A stretch of DNA of 60,421 nt, counting the filler, from Dugesia japonica (Eukaryota): the NCBI GenBank assembly GCA_001938525.1. It is 4 parts of 4 records of this genome, joined end to end, with 100 filler letters (N's around TTAATTAATTAA, not from the genome) between each part and the next. Parts side by side here need not be neighbours in the genome. Positions count along the whole stretch, not along the records: positions 1 to 13,573 come from MQRL01627253.1; positions 13,674 to 30,765 come from MQRL01544809.1; 2 more parts are not named here. One strand, given 5' to 3'. The stretch's first letter is position 1; the number at the start of each line of letters is the position of its first letter. A program made the translations under genes and the position numbers. Below are positions 1-14,233 of this stretch, one piece after another. A model generated the notes under the pieces. The model did not search any database. It worked only from the letters and a program-made list of their open reading frames with translations, and was not told the DNA's origin.

Positions 1-2753
1 TAATACTGATAATAATAATAGTAAGAATAATAATAATAATAAAACAATAATTGTAATAATAATAATGATCAGAAGGCTACGAATAATAATAATACTCTGA
101 CGGTAATTATAATGATAATTAATAATATTAAGAATAAATATAATGATCCTAGTTNNNNNNNNNNNNNNNNNNNNNNNNNNNNNNNNNNNNNNNNNNNNNN
201 NNNNNNNNNNNNNNNNNNNNNNNNNNNNNNNNNNNNNNNNNNNNNNNNNNNNNNNNNNNATATTATTAAGGTAATGTTAATGATTAAATTGTACTCAGTT
301 AAATACCTATAAGTTTAAGACTATAAAAGATTAAAAAAATTAAAAATGATCTTTTAAATATTTAATAATAAATAAAAATATACTACAAACATAAGAAAAA
401 AAAATTTACATACTCTGTACTGCACTCGAAATAGGCAATTGACGGATCTTGAGACAGAGAACTGGATGGTAGTAGGATGATGATGAACGACAATTCGACT
501 GGATGTGGGATTGAGACGTGGAGGTAAAACAATTAGCTCGGGAACTGTTGTGATATTTGAACTGTTACGCTGGATTCTTTATTTTCTTGAAATTCCCGAA
601 AAACTGGAANNNNNNNNNNNNNNNNNNNNNNNTTAATTATCTTTCTTTGCTCGGATTTAAATACGGTTGCGGCACGATTGATCGAACGAATTATCTGATC
701 GATGTGAATTTTGCTAGACAATTTAGGTGAAGGGAAATTTGATCTGTTTCCTTCGGTTGTCGATCTGTTTACCTTTGATCATCAATTGCATCTTATCATT
801 CGAAATTTGTTTCTAACTTTTCTGCTTTGTTAACTTGGTTGATGAATGGCTTTGACTAANTTCTATACTGAGGAAACTCTGCTTTTTGGGTATGTTCTTC
901 TTGCATATACATCTTCTAATATTTTCTAATTAAAGATCTCTTCACTTTTATCATTGTCATCTTCTCAAATTGCATAAATTTGTTTGTTCCAACTCCAATA
1001 TTTTGTGTGTTGTCCACTTTTAAAATTGTATCTTTTCTTTTTAAGTCTTCAATTGTTAATGTTCAAATACCTTGATACCGTTCGTATATTTATTATCAAT
1101 ATTACGTAAGCCAAAAATTACCAAGAAAGGTTTATTCATTATTGTTTAACTAAATCGGGGAAATATATTTATTTGATAATTGCAAACCATTGTAATTATA
1201 AGTCATTATCAATTGAATCATTAAAGAGAATTACTAAATCATTTATAGATATTTTAATCAACGTATTTCATTCATGAAAAGTTATTAAATGTTATTCAAC
1301 CCTAATATTAACATTGAAAAACTTTAATAATTACTAACTCATTATCCTTAATAAAAAGTTTTTACTTAACGTTATCAGTTAATATAAATTTGTTATTTAC
1401 TTTAATTATTGCTAATTTATTATAAAAAGAATCCAATTATTGAAAATTATATAAGTAGTAAAATTTTTTCAATTTTAAAATTAGAAAATCACACAAATAA
1501 AACAATATTAACATAAGTCATTGATCGATCAGGAGCAAGCACCTGATTGATTGATGTTACTATGGCGATCTGGTTGCATTAATTTCACTCGAAATTAATT
1601 GTTTATCTTATACGCACTCGGGCGCAACTAACCATCTTATGACTAATCCAATTAATTTATTATTGATGAATTAATTTAGTTTAACAATAATTGGTTTATT
1701 TTACACGCACGCATTTACCACTAGTCTTCTTATGACTAATCCATTAATTCATTGCCAGTTGCTATAACAACCAGGTTACATAAATGTTAATTATTATCCT
1801 TTCGACTAAGTCGAAAATCGTTGCTAATTATTCAAAACAATTGATTACCATTTTTCACATTGAGTTTTTCTAGTCAGAGTTTGATTTCAGATCTCGAATG
1901 ATTAATTCTTCTGAAATTGCAAAGGTATTTTACTCGTTCTTCTATACGCCCACATTCATTTAGTTGGTTGGAATATATTTTTTACGTTTTCATTGGTCAG
2001 CTAATTTTAATTTTGTCACCTGTTCTTCCACATTNGTCGAAATTTTTTAATTCTAACTTTGTTGGTGTTTAATTGGTTGATCTTAAAACCCTTGTAGCTT
2101 CTTTCCTGGTCTAGCTGTGGTTTTCTCATTTAGATTTTTGAAGTCTCTGGTTTTTTTCTTCCATTATTTTTCTTGCCCTTTTTTTGTACTAATCGTAAGT
2201 CTTCATTTTGCGATATCTCTTGTATAACTTAGGGTTCTTTGTTATAAGAAATTATTTCAATTTACATAATTTATTTTATTCAATAAAATAAATTATTTAT
2301 TTTCCTTTCTTCTTGATTTATTGATTGGATTGCTGGTTTTTATTCCTAAATTGAATTTTAATTTAATTCAGTCGTTTGCTTTTAATAACTAATTCGTTTA
2401 ATTTATTTTCTTCCTGTTCAATTATTATTTTAATTTATTTTTCTTTATTTTGCATAATAAATTGATCGCTTGATTATTGCTTGTTATTTTCTTTGTCTTC
2501 TCTGCCTGTTGATGGTTTCTATCGTTTCTTTTCTGTCATTTGCTACGTTATTACCATTTATTTTCAGATTTAATTAGTCATTGTACATGTTTTAATTTCC
2601 TAATCCTGATTTTTCTTTACTCATTTCTTCTTTAACTAAGTTTCTGACCTTTTATCAGCTAGATTTTTCCCTTCTCTTTTTCATATCCTTTCTTCAATGT
2701 CTGTCTTACTCATTGCCATTATTATTTCCTATGCTNGTTGTTTCACTCCAACA
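1..2753 (-). repeat. Long LTR-like/retroelement non-coding segment, related to 31200-33690
   Basis: Ends in TGTTTCACTCCAACA (rc TGTTGGAGTGAAACA, a TG-start LTR-like terminus). The same motif occurs at 33573-33587 and 33676-33690. Both regions have AAT-rich tracts and T-rich blocks, and there are internal direct repeats at 1555-1790. Confidence 0.45.
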
Positions 2754-3439
2754 ATTATATAATATTTTTATATTGACCTTTACAAGAGTAAATTGACATT
2801 TATGTAATAATATGTGAATGCGTGATTGACTGTTTGAATGTTTGTATGATTTTAGTGCTCAGACATTATTGCAAAACTAATTCCTCAAAAGCTATACAGT
2901 GTCATTTTGTGAATTACATATATTTTATGCTTAATTTTATTTCCAAGTCTAACAATGACGAAGGAATTCTCTTATAAATGAATTAATCAGCTGCTTGCCT
3001 GATCTGTTATATGCCTGATGCATCATCAAAGCATACTGTTATATAAATGTAGATATTAAATAATAAGATATTAAACAAGTTAAAATTGTATTTTATAAAA
3101 TAGCAATATTAAAACAAATCAAATTCATTTTAATATTTTGAATATTTAATTTTAAATATTCAATAATTTGAATTGAGATATATTTAAATATTATGATAAT
3201 TTAAATATATCAAAATTCTCTCTTTGCTTTATCGATATTGAGGATTCGGATTCCTTGTTATTCTTTCTGGATAACGTCTCCTGATATCGCTTTCAATTCG
3301 TCAGTCAGATTGTACTGGTAAGGCTGTTTTATGTTTGCTTCTTAGTAATATTTGTGTCGATCCCAAAACCATAGGAAAACGTTTATTTTTTCATTCAACA
3401 TATTAATTGGTAATGCTCATTGACCTACATATTTGTTAC

Positions 3440-3720
3440 TACCTACAAATCACAAAAATCGAGAGGAAGAGAATATATCTGATAGATGTGAAATGCCCTT
3501 TAGATTGGGAAACAAACTTTAGAAAAGTAGACCTAAACAATTTTAAAAATACAAGAAGAATAAGTGGGAAAGATTAGATCAGATTACAAAGTAGAACTAA
3601 AAACATGCATCTTCGGGTCGCTTGGATCGATTCCACCACAAACTTCCAAATAACTCTGGCAACATAAAACATTAAAGTGAGTGAATAAATGGAAGCCATT
3701 AGTAGTATGCTAAATATGAA
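3440..3720 (+). pseudogene. Fragment of the restriction-like endonuclease (RLE) domain of an R2/NeSL/R4-type non-LTR retrotransposon
   Basis: Frameshifted translation KRIYLIDVKCPLDWETNFRK...KY...YKVELKTCIFGSLGSIPPQT matches the DVxCP..KY..GSLG pattern of RLE C-termini. Confidence 0.65.
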
Positions 3721-3836
3721 GAGTTTAATTGTTAAACATAGAGCAGAGTTATTTGGAAGTTTGTGGTGGAATCGATCCAAGCGACCCGAAGATGCATGTT
3801 TTTAGTTCTACTTTGTAATCTTTCCCACTTATTCTT
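3556..3836. repeat. Near-perfect inverted repeat (arms ~93-103 bp, 85-bp spacer)
   Basis: 3556-3658 is the reverse complement of 3744-3836, apart from 10 extra nt in the left arm. Confidence 0.95.
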
Positions 3837-4711
3837 ATTAAGCACCATTCGTCTATTATCATAAAACTTATTTATTATTCCTGTCCAAATTCTCCTTCTT
3901 TTAAAGTATTCCTTTATAAAGTTTTTAATGTAAATATTGATTAATTTAAAATTATTAAATCTGAAGATTAATTATTTATCTACAAATGCATATGTAGCTT
4001 TGCAATCACATTTCATTCATGAACAAATTTATGAACATTCGTCATCTTTTGCAAACGAATTAAATCTTAATTCTAATTAAAAGACTTATAACGATTGCTA
4101 GCAATTTCATATTTTTCTTCTTTTAAATTCATGTTGCGAAATATAAAAACTAAATCAATAGAAGAAATAAAATGTATTATTATTAGAATTTTTATTAAAC
4201 AATTTGAAAAGTAATTCTTTAACGAAATATACATTACTTCAATAATTACAAATAATTNNNNNNNNNNNNNNNNNNNNNNNNNNNNNNNNNNNNNNNNNNN
4301 NNNNNNNNNNNNNNNNNNNNNNNNNNNNNNNNNNNNNNNNNNNNNNNNNNNNNNNNNNNNNNNNNNNNNNNNNNNNNNNNNNNNNNNNNNNNNNNNNNNN
4401 NNNNNNNNNNNNNNNNNNNNNNNNNATTAAAACACATGAAAAATAGTCTGTATTTACTTTCTCACAACCATAATTTTTTAAATTTTTATATCTTATAAAA
4501 TTAATATTTAATAAGAATTCTTTTGTTCAAGAATTCAAATATTTGAATTGAAAAACAGATGTTTTTAGAAACCAAGATTTTTCCGCTTATTTCTTTTTAA
4601 TGTGATTTTTCAAATTTTACGTTTTTTGATTTAATTTGAAAAAATTTTAAGTATTTTATTTTAGCTGAAATTGGCAGCAATAAATAAAAAAAATTTAATA
4701 ATTTTAATATA

Positions 4712-4895
4712 CAGTGAGCCTATCTTATTGTAATCACTAGTTCTTAGAATCAAAAGCTTTATAAAATCAAATTCAAAGGATTGTTCTTTTACCTCCGTAC
4801 GGATTTAATATTTCCAATTTACTGTTATTAGAATACCCGTTTAATAGGATCGGTTATAAGTTTACAAACATGATTACAATAAGCTGTGCTTACTG
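4712..4895. mobile_element. Tc1/pogo-like MITE
   Basis: Imperfect TIRs CAGTGAGCCTATCTTATTGTAATCA / CAGTAAGCACAGCTTATTGTAATCA, with TA on the left flank. Confidence 0.6.
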
Positions 4896-5215
4896 TTTTG
4901 TAAGATAATAAAATATAATTATAAATTATATATGATTATTAAGGGATAAAGTATATTATAAAGTATACAAATGCAATACTATCTTATATTCAAAGCTCTA
5001 ATTGTCTTGATTTCAACATTAAATTGCTGTTTAATTTATTTATTATTATTTAATTTTAATTTGCTTGTCTTTAAACGTCAAATTTAATATTTATTTATTT
5101 AATATTAATTAAAATATTTTTAGTTATATTGTGAAAAATAATATCACATTGCTTTCAATCTAAATATTTATTTCATAAATTGTTTAAATAATATAGTTTG
5201 CATTGAAATTTTTAA

Positions 5216-6084
5216 ATGAATATTTTACCAAAGAAAAAGTATAAATTTTTATATTTTTGTAATTTATTATTCTGATTTACATTACTTTAGTTGGCATGTT
5301 TTGAAAAAAGAAAACATTTTTAAAGTTAAAGCTGATATTGCGAAAGCAAAGGAGGAAGAAGAAAATAATTTAAGAAAATCTGATATATCAAATCAAGAAA
5401 CTTACTTATCTATTCTTAGAAATAAATCAAAATCAAATACTTCTAACAGTTTAATTGCAACAAATGAAAATAAAAATATTAGAGAGAATGATCCATTGCA
5501 CTTGTTTAAACCTAACACTAATATTGAACACGAAAAGGAAGTGAAACAAACTCAGGAAAAATTGGAAAAAAATATAGGCCTACTAACATATTTGGGGCAA
5601 AGTATTATAGATTCCAGAGATAAAGATGATTTATGGTGGACTAAAGGAAATAAAAATTTTACAAATCAATTATCGGAAGATAAAAAACGTAAACATGAAA
5701 TGTTATTAAAAAAGGATGATCCTTTGGAAACAATTTTATCATTTCAAGACTCAATTGATAAACAAAAATCTTTTAAAAAGTCTTTAGTTGGTCCAAAAGT
5801 GAAATCTGTAAGTTGATTTTTGTTATTTAATTAAATTAAGTTAAATCTAATAGTACCCTAAAGAAGATTTTATTCATAAAACTAAAAAATCTAAGCATTC
5901 ACATAAGAAATCTAAGAAAAAGCGTAAACGGAGCTCATCTTCATCATCCAGTGATTCCAGTAGTCGAAAGCGAAAATTGAAAAAACAAATGAAAAAGTTG
6001 AGAAAAGAAAGAGTTGAAAGAGAGAAAGTTGAGAGTATTCGTGCTGAAAAAGTTATAAAAAACAACCGTTTGTTTCCCATTTAA
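5216..6084 (+). CDS. LENG1: Leukocyte receptor cluster member 1 homologue (CIR_N domain). Exons 5216-5238, 5291-5807, 5854-6084
   Basis: Splicing two GT-AG introns (52 and 46 nt) gives MNILPKKNWHVLKKENIFKVKADIAKAKEEE, the LENG1 N-terminal signature. It also contains GLLTYLGQS and a C-terminal LRKERVEREKVE, and the frame stays open to TAA at 6082-6084. Confidence 0.88.
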
Positions 6085-7039
6085 ATAAAAATCGAAAATT
6101 ATTTTATTGTTTTTAATAATAAATATTTTCTTTTCTCTTTTTAATATTCAGTAAAAGTTTAAAATTATTTTCTCAAATTGTCGCGATAATTTTTTAAACA
6201 AATTCTAAAGTTTTCCATTGGATATTTTTGAAAATAATCATTGTTTTGTTTCATTGAATTCCATTGTAACTGTGAGGGTGACGTACTTTTAAATATGGTG
6301 ATTTTAAGATTAAAAGAAATAAGTAATGGAACCCACTTTATAACTTATTCCTGTTTCACATAAAAATTTCAAGGTAAAACTCATGGTAAATCCGGTCATT
6401 TAAACTCGTTTAACATAAAGACACTTCCTAGTCCCTGGAGAGAATGTAAAATATGTTCATACTACGAAACATGATTACCCATAAATAATCATTTAGATGA
6501 AAACAATCACGTATAAATACACATACATACTCATAAGTAGGTAATGTAGCTAGAGCGTATAAATTGATAAGAAGTTTGCTTCATTAGTGCTAGGAGTCCA
6601 GTATCATGTTTACATATGAACAATTCACTTTTGAAAAAAATGGTGGTAACGGTATGCAACAATTGCTTAACCAATCAGCTTGTAATATCCAAACTGCTAA
6701 TATAAGTAGTTTAAATAATTTATGTAATTGCAATCACTATTCCAGCAATTACATAATATTTGCATAAAAATTTTGACTAACGAAATTATTGCTTAAAAAT
6801 TTTAAGTTCGGGACTGTTTTACTTTTGAATTTTTCGGAATATTAACCAGGTTAACAATATTTTAAAAATTCTACTTTAATATAATATACCAAAAAATAAA
6901 AACTAAATTTAATCATTCCAACAAAGTTTTAGTGTTTTACTCATTGCTCTTTAGAGTTATTCGAGCGTGAAAAACCATTTATATATGTTTGAGTGATGTT
7001 AAATTATTGAAGAATGTTTTATAATAGGCCAAAAGAATT

Positions 7040-10000
7040 TACATTTAAATATTGTTAGTTTTTGACCTCCCACGTGACATAATTCCTCGCGAATGAAATC
7101 AATAAGTTAGGCTGTCGATTGTCAGCAAGTTTTATTTTCTTTTTGTTATTTTCATTGATAATTAATAGTTCATCATTCATCTCAAATTTATCCATTCTTG
7201 AAAAATATTTACTTTTCGTCATCATAGAACTCAACTTACTATCACCGTTTCCTTTTTCTATATAATCAATAATTTCTCTTGCAACTATATCATCTCTTAG
7301 TATTTCTTTGATACGACATATATCAAAATTTGTTTTACCTAATACATTGTTTCTTTTAACCCAAACCCGTTCTCCCTTGAGATCTTGATGTGACGTCTGA
7401 CATTGTGAACACCAGCTTTCGACTATTCTTGAAAGTCCGTCAGCATTCTCATGTAATGCTCATTTTCTGAATTCTAGATCAAAATTAAATTCTGTTCAAT
7501 TTGTCAACCATGTTTGGAACTGCGAAATGATAGGTTTACTCGTATTTGTTATAAATTTCAGAGCTTTAGGATCTGTTTTTGATCTAAATTTTTTCCATAT
7601 GAATAATGTTTGAAATACACCATGAACTTGTGCAATGCCAACAACTCCTTGCGAGTTACGTAATATTCTTTTTCATGATAATTTATTAAGCTAATACACA
7701 TTCTAATCCGTCGTTTGTAACTTGGAGTAAAACTCCTGCAATTGCCTCAAAGCAAACATCTGTATCTAATATCATTTCCCTTTTATCATTTGGAAGAGCC
7801 AAGATAGGGCACCACATAACTTCATCTTTAACATTTGAAAATTATTCCCACATTCCTTTGTCCATTCGATGTTTTTTCATGGCCCGCGGTGGCTGCATAT
7901 AATGGTGATGCANCATCTATCATAATTGGTTACACCTAGATGTGCCCGTATTTGTGCGGCACATTTTGGTGTCTTTGCTTCTAGAATTTTACTGATGGTA
8001 TCGTCATTTATCTCTTCACCTTTAGCACAAATTGTATGACCCAAGAATTGCAAGTTCTTAGAATTAAAAATGCATTTATCGGGATTTNNNNNNNNNNNNN
8101 NNNNNNNNNNNNNNNNNNNNNNNNNNNNNNNNNNNNNNNNNNNNNNNNNNNNNNNNNNNNNNNNNNNNNNNNNNNNNNNNNNNNNNNNNNNNNNNNNNNN
8201 NNNNNNNNNNNGTCGAATAATTGATGCATATAACTTTTGAAAAATCCTAGTGCAGTGCACAATTCAAATGACACGCGATTAAAACAAAACGGCCCCATCT
8301 TCGTACTAAAAGCTGTTTTCAATTTCGATTGTTCACTTAACTCAATTTTATAGTATGCTTGTCCCAAATCAAGCGATCAAAATAAAATTGATCTCTCAAG
8401 CGTGTCTAAAAGTAGTTGAATATCAGGTACCGGAAAAGAGTATTTCTCTGTAATTGAATTTAATTTCCGAAAATCCATANACATTCTTATTGTTTCGTCT
8501 TTCTTCAGAGTAATTATCAAATGTGAATTCCACGGACGTCTGATATTCTGGATAAAATTTGCTTTTCTAATACTTTTCAATAACTCATCAAATTTGCTTT
8601 CCAATCGCATTGGTTGTTTTCTAGGATTAAACATTATTGGTCCACTTTTTTTTCAATGTGATGTTGCACTATTTTTGTAAATCCAAGATCAAATTTTAAT
8701 GTCATAAATATCTCTACGTGTTCTATTATTAGTCTTCTAATTTCTTGATTCACATTTTTATGAATATTCAGAACATTTTTCAGTCTTTTCGAAATCTCAA
8801 CAAATGGTTCAATGACATCCTTTGAATTAATTAAATAAACTTATGTTATCTTCGTTCTATATATTCTCACCATATCAATGCTCCCAATAAATTTGGGGCG
8901 AATATCTTTGACAATACTACCTCTTTTTCTCTTCGTTTCACATACCAGTGTAAATGTAATTTAGTTTTACTAATACATTTTTCTACTTTCTCTGAAAAAA
9001 CTTATGATAACCGAATCTGCAACTGCAATAACGCCGATGATACAATTCTTCTCCAAACTTCTGCACTCATTACTGATATTGATGCTCCTGAGTCCCATAA
9101 CACTTCAACTTCATATCAATTACACTGCATTATACTCCATTCTCTTCCATCTTTCTTCTGAAATACATTCTTTTTATTAAATATTATTCTTGCAACTCTG
9201 GTTTTACAAATTTTTCGATCTTACTGAAGAAATGAATGTAGTGGGTTGCCAATCATTTTTTATATCGTCATTCCCTATAGGTACATCATGTATTTAATCT
9301 ATAGATTCCCTTGTACAGCACCAATTATCATCCTCTTCTGCAATACACAAAACTTTAGAAACTAAAATATCTTTTAATCGAATTAGTAAACAATCCCAAA
9401 AAATATGATTTTCCTTTCTCTAAATAAAGCATTTACCTTTCAATGAGCAATTCATTTTTCTATGACTAGTTTCTCCACAGAAAGAAACATGCTTCTGTCT
9501 TTAGGATTTCGTTTCGCGGAGGTATCTTCCCTTTAACTTTACAATATAGTCTATTTTCTAAATGCTTCAATAAGTACTGCGGGAAATTATTGTAATGACC
9601 TTTTCTTTGTATCGGTTTGCTTTGTTTGAAATGCAAATCTTCTTGAAAGCGAGTTGGCTGGTCTCTAATATCTGTGTCCCTTTAAACACTTATCTTCAGG
9701 CGATTGTTTCCAAATTTGGATTGATATATATTGTATTTCAATCAATCATCATATATTTTTTTCACCATACTTACAAAGTTCACTGGTATTAAGTTATCCA
9801 ATTTAGTAGCCAATTCTCTTCGTTGAATATCTGTTAACTCTGGTTGGAGGAAAAATAATTCTTCCAACTTTTCGCTCCATAAGCCATTAGTATTAAACAA
9901 TGTAGCTATTTAATCTAATGACTTCTTACCTTGAAAATACTATATTAACTAGCTTTCTAACTCTACTTTCAAAATTCCGATATTTTTCATTTAATTTCTG

Positions 10001-10360
10001 AATTTTTTTTAACAAGATCGAAACTTTATCAACCAATGTTTTCTAAATAATGAATGATTTTTGAAAGCAANGTTCACAAATTTCAGTAAATAATTTCTCA
10101 ACTTCTTGTTTTTCCCCCACGACAATTCCTTAGCATCGTGTCGCAATAGCATATCAAAAGCAAACTATAATTCCGTCGGATCGAACAACGCGAACCATTT
10201 TGCTGTTTGAAGCCACTCTTCAGCTGTATCTGATGATCTATTAAAGAAATTTTTCTTTGGAATTATTAACTCCTGAGTTGAAAACGGTAATTTCTAAAAA
10301 ACATTTGTCTTTCATCTTTTTCTTTCTTTGCCATTGTGTTCACTGTAACGTGGTCACCAG
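7040..10360 (-). mobile_element. Decayed Ty3/gypsy LTR retrotransposon (gag, protease, RT, RNase H)
   Basis: PBS-like TGGTGACCACG at 10349-10359 just upstream of the gag ATG (10334). CCHC knuckles at ~9380-9490, protease VLWDSGASISV at ~9070-9100, RT fragments (DFRKLN, KTAFST, NPDKC, FLGH) and RNase H end (HENADGLSR). Many stops and frameshifts. Confidence 0.9.
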
Positions 10361-11026
10361 TTAGAACACAAGATTTTACCATTAATGATTATTTATTAAA
10401 GTTCAAAAAATAATTACAAAACTGATGTTATTTAAACAAGATTTATATATCAATTTTTAACTAATATATAACTGGAAATATTTCATTGACATTTAAAACA
10501 TTATANTAAAACATNAAGTAATGGAGAAATAATAAGTAGAGATTGGTTAGTTTATTCTATATCCAAAAATTCAACCTCATAATTCGATAAGAGACATTTA
10601 ATAACTCTTCTATTCACATACTTAAAATTTCAAAAACATCAATTATCAACAAAAATCAGATCGCTTTTTAATTTGACTCCTTATTTACTTATATATTTTC
10701 TTCNTCAACTTTTCTTCTGATTAAAGTGGGGGAAATGCATTTTAAAGTAAGCCAAAATTTCCCAAATGAAGTCATGAGCCTAATTTTGGAAAAAAACATT
10801 AAAAACTATTTATTATTCAATAAATTTTACAAAAACTCAGTTGATTTTCTCATCGAAAAAAAATGATTTCATAATCGTCCAGAGNCTTTTCGTTGTCTTT
10901 CACAATTTCCATAAATTCAATATTGTTAAATTCAAAAAGTCATTGATGAATTTAATATGCCAATTAACCAAAATGTTTTTTAAGAGTTTTTGCTTAAATT
11001 ACCCGAAATTAAGTCCGTGGTCTTAA

Positions 11027-11190
11027 CACATTCGCTGCCAGTTTGAATATGATTGATTGTACCCAGAAACCAAATTTCAACTATGAATTAAAATTATATT
11101 AGCCACACGTGCCATACAAAAACTGAACAGAAAAACAATATACAATGACTATACCATGTGCTCCTATAGGAACCGGTGGCAGAGAATGTG
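11027..11190. mobile_element. piggyBac-type MITE (164 bp)
   Basis: TTAA on both flanks (11023-26, 11191-94) and 14-bp TIR CACATTC(G/T)CTGCCA. Confidence 0.85.
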
Positions 11191-11305
11191 TTAATTTCCG
11201 AAAACTCCGGTAATATTTATTTTGTCAAGTATTTTCCGTATTATTTATTTTAATTAATTATTTAGTGTCTCATTGTTTTCACTTGATTTATGTTTCCATA
11301 CATTA

Positions 11306-12031
11306 GAGGCCGTCCATAAATAACGTCACGCAATTTTGACAGATTTTCAACCCCTATCCCACTCTTGTCACAAAACGTCTAACCCCCTTCAAAGATAACA
11401 TTACAAAGCTCTGCCCCGCCTCCTCCAAACAAGAAAAAATATTTCAAATGAAACACATTTAAATCACCCTAACTATTCTTAAAGTACAGATGTGCGTTAT
11501 AATATAGTACATATTTCATATGACAATGTACTCTGAGGTTGTAAGTTTTTATAAAACATGTATCAAGAGATATATTTTATAATTCTTTATTTCAAAATTT
11601 TAAACTGCTAGCAGTGAAAATTTATTTCTACTTCCGCTTCCTGCCTAACGAAGTAGTATTTTTATCAGAAGCAAAATATTTCAAATGGTAAAAAAATCAT
11701 TTATTAATCAAGTTTTTTGCGACTTACAATTAGCTATTAAAGACAATTTGATTTAAGTATGTAATCATTTTATTGTAATTTTAATAAAATCTGCCTGTNA
11801 ATATGAAAAATTTAAATAATCAAAAAATTAATATTAAAAAATCCAATCAAAATTAGTATTATGCACTTGTTATAACAATCAACTTACTATTTATTAAGTA
11901 AGACAAATTTTTACATTTTAAAAGCGTGCATCATTTCGATTTTCGAAGTTGTCACATTTCTCAAATCCCCTCCTCCTCGTCACAAATATCTGTACTCTCC
12001 CTAGTGTGTGATGTCATTTATGGACGGCCTC
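11306..12031. mobile_element. Non-autonomous DNA transposon (superfamily uncertain: Harbinger or Sola2-like)
   Basis: TIR GAGGCCGTCCATAAATAACGTCAC / GAGGCCGTCCATAAATGACATCAC with no coding capacity between. Confidence 0.8.
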
Positions 12032-12059
12032 ATATCTAGTGTTTAATACTAACTTCAAT

Positions 12060-13960
12060 TGCTAACTAGAACGTTACAATTTTATGTAATCCTAGATTGT
12101 AATCTTACGAGATAGGGTTCTCGGTATCAGTGAAATAAACAAGGTATTTAGTAATGATATTCTCAAACAAAAAACAAGATCTTCTAAAAACAAAATACAA
12201 TTGTTTTCTGGTGTATTCTCCGTGTTTTCTGGTCCCCCGATTCTGGACAGGCAGTCAGCATTTGAGTTTGCTTTACCCATTTTAAACTTTAACAGAGGAC
12301 AATAATCCTGCATTACCCGTTGCCACTTGGCCATTTTATTCCACCGTAATGGTTTCTGAGCCATGAAGGTGATTGGTAAGTGATCCGTATAGATTAACAC
12401 CTCGTGACCATGTATAAGTCATCGAAAATGTTTGGTNNNNNNNNNNNNNNNNNTTATCTCTCGTTCTGTAGTGCTGTAATTTAACTCTGCTCCTTGAAAT
12501 TTCTTGCTAAATTATGCGATTACTCTTTCTCTTCCTTGTTCATCTAGTTGGCTCAAAACTGCGCTTATCGCATAACCACTAGCGTCAGTGGCTAATATAA
12601 ATGGCTTTTCGAAATCTGGATGTACCAGAATCGGTGCAGTTAGTAATTTATCTCGTAACGTCTCAAATGATTGTTGTTGCTCCCTTATATTAATGCAGTA
12701 TCTTGCCTGACCAATTCCTGCATTGGTTTTGTAATTTTAGCGAAATCCTTTATGAATTTGCGATAATAGTTCGCGAGACCGAGAAATTTTTGTATTTTGA
12801 GCACAAAATTTGGCGATGCTAGATTTCGTATCTTCTCGGTATTTCGTGGAGCAGGCTCTTTTCCGTTATCCGAGATTAAATGACACAAATATGTCACTTT
12901 ATTCTGGGCCCACTCGCACTTGGTAGGTTTCACTTTCAAGTTCCATTTTCTTAACGGTATGAAAACACTACGCAGGTAATTGAGATTTCCTTCAAATGTT
13001 GGCGAATAGATTAACAGATCATCAATATAGGCCATACATTGGGATATACCGCGAGTTACATAATTCATCATTCGTTGAAAGGACGCTGGTGAATTAGTAA
13101 GCCCGAATGNCATACGGATGAACTGGTACAAGTCTTTGCCTGTAGAAAAGGCTGTTTTCTCTATCTTTTGGTTTGATTTTTATTTGCCAGTAACCACTTC
13201 GGAAATTCAACGTGGTGAATATTTTAGCGTTACATAGTATTTGCAGTAATTCATTAATGTCTGGTAATGGTATCTTTTTTAGTTTGTGCATTCAACATTC
13301 GGTAATCGATACAGAATCGTAGTGTCCCGTCTTTCTTATCCACTAACACCACTGGCGACTGCCATGGTGAGCAGCCAGAGTCTATTACACCGATTTTTAC
13401 TAATTTGGCTGTTTCTTTATTTGCAAACTCTTTTTTCTTCACCGTCATGGTATATGGCTTCTGTTTGCATGGGGTTTCGTCCGTTAGTGGAATCGTGTGC
13501 ATTGTCGCTGTGCACATACCCAACTCTTCATCAGTCCATGCAAAAATATCTCTGAATTCTTCCAACAATTGTANNNNNNNNNNNNNNNNNNNNNNNNNNN
13601 NNNNNNNNNNNNNNNNNTTAATTAATTAANNNNNNNNNNNNNNNNNNNNNNNNNNNNNNNNNNNNNNNNNNNNTATTTATTAATGAAAATGGGCCATGAT
13701 CTTTATGATAACTTTCTGTTTGTATCCTCTTGTTCTCTGTATGTCCAATTCTTTTCTGAATCTTCACAATGGCCACTTTTCCTTCTTCACCTCGATATTT
13801 TCAATCTTCATGTTATAAAGATTTAATAGAATGGCTTCAATTTTAATGAGATGAGTATTAAAACTACAGCCATTTATATAAAGATTCATCCAATCATGTT
13901 AAACTTGCATTACCCAATCAAATTCATACATATAAATATACACACTTTAACTTATATTAC
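12060..13960 (-). mobile_element. Decayed Ty3/gypsy pol (RT-RNase H)
   Basis: ORF fragments: [77 protein letters not shown]. Confidence 0.92.
13618..13629. other. Artificial contig linker N44-TTAATTAATTAA-N44 (also at 30810-30821 and 43371-43382)
   Basis: Identical 12-mer with stops in all six frames, flanked by exactly 44 N on each side, occurring three times. Confidence 0.95.
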
Positions 13961-13977
13961 TTATTAGGGTTTAGTGT

Positions 13978-14007
13978 TGATAATAATAATGGTAATAATA
14001 ATAATAA

Positions 14008-14059
<52 letters not shown>

Positions 14060-14109
14060 NNNNNNNNNNNNNNNNNNNNNNNNNNNNNNNNNNNNNNNNN
14101 NNNNNNNNN

Positions 14110-14163
<54 letters not shown>

Positions 14164-14233
14164 TAATAATAATAGTAATAATACCCAAAATAATAGGTTT
14201 CAGTCTTGGTCTTAATAGTAATAATAATAATAA
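13978..14233 (+). repeat. (AAT)n microsatellite
   Basis: Direct reading; partly gapped. Confidence 0.95.

Noticed and set aside
3574-3780. 68-aa minus-strand ORF in the hairpin
   Set aside because: By-product of the inverted duplication; the recognisable coding relic is on the plus strand.
6265-6753. Possible solo LTR (TGTAAC...ATTACA)
   Set aside because: No matching TSD or second copy in the window.
13964-13976. TTAGGG telomeric seed
   Set aside because: Single copy only.
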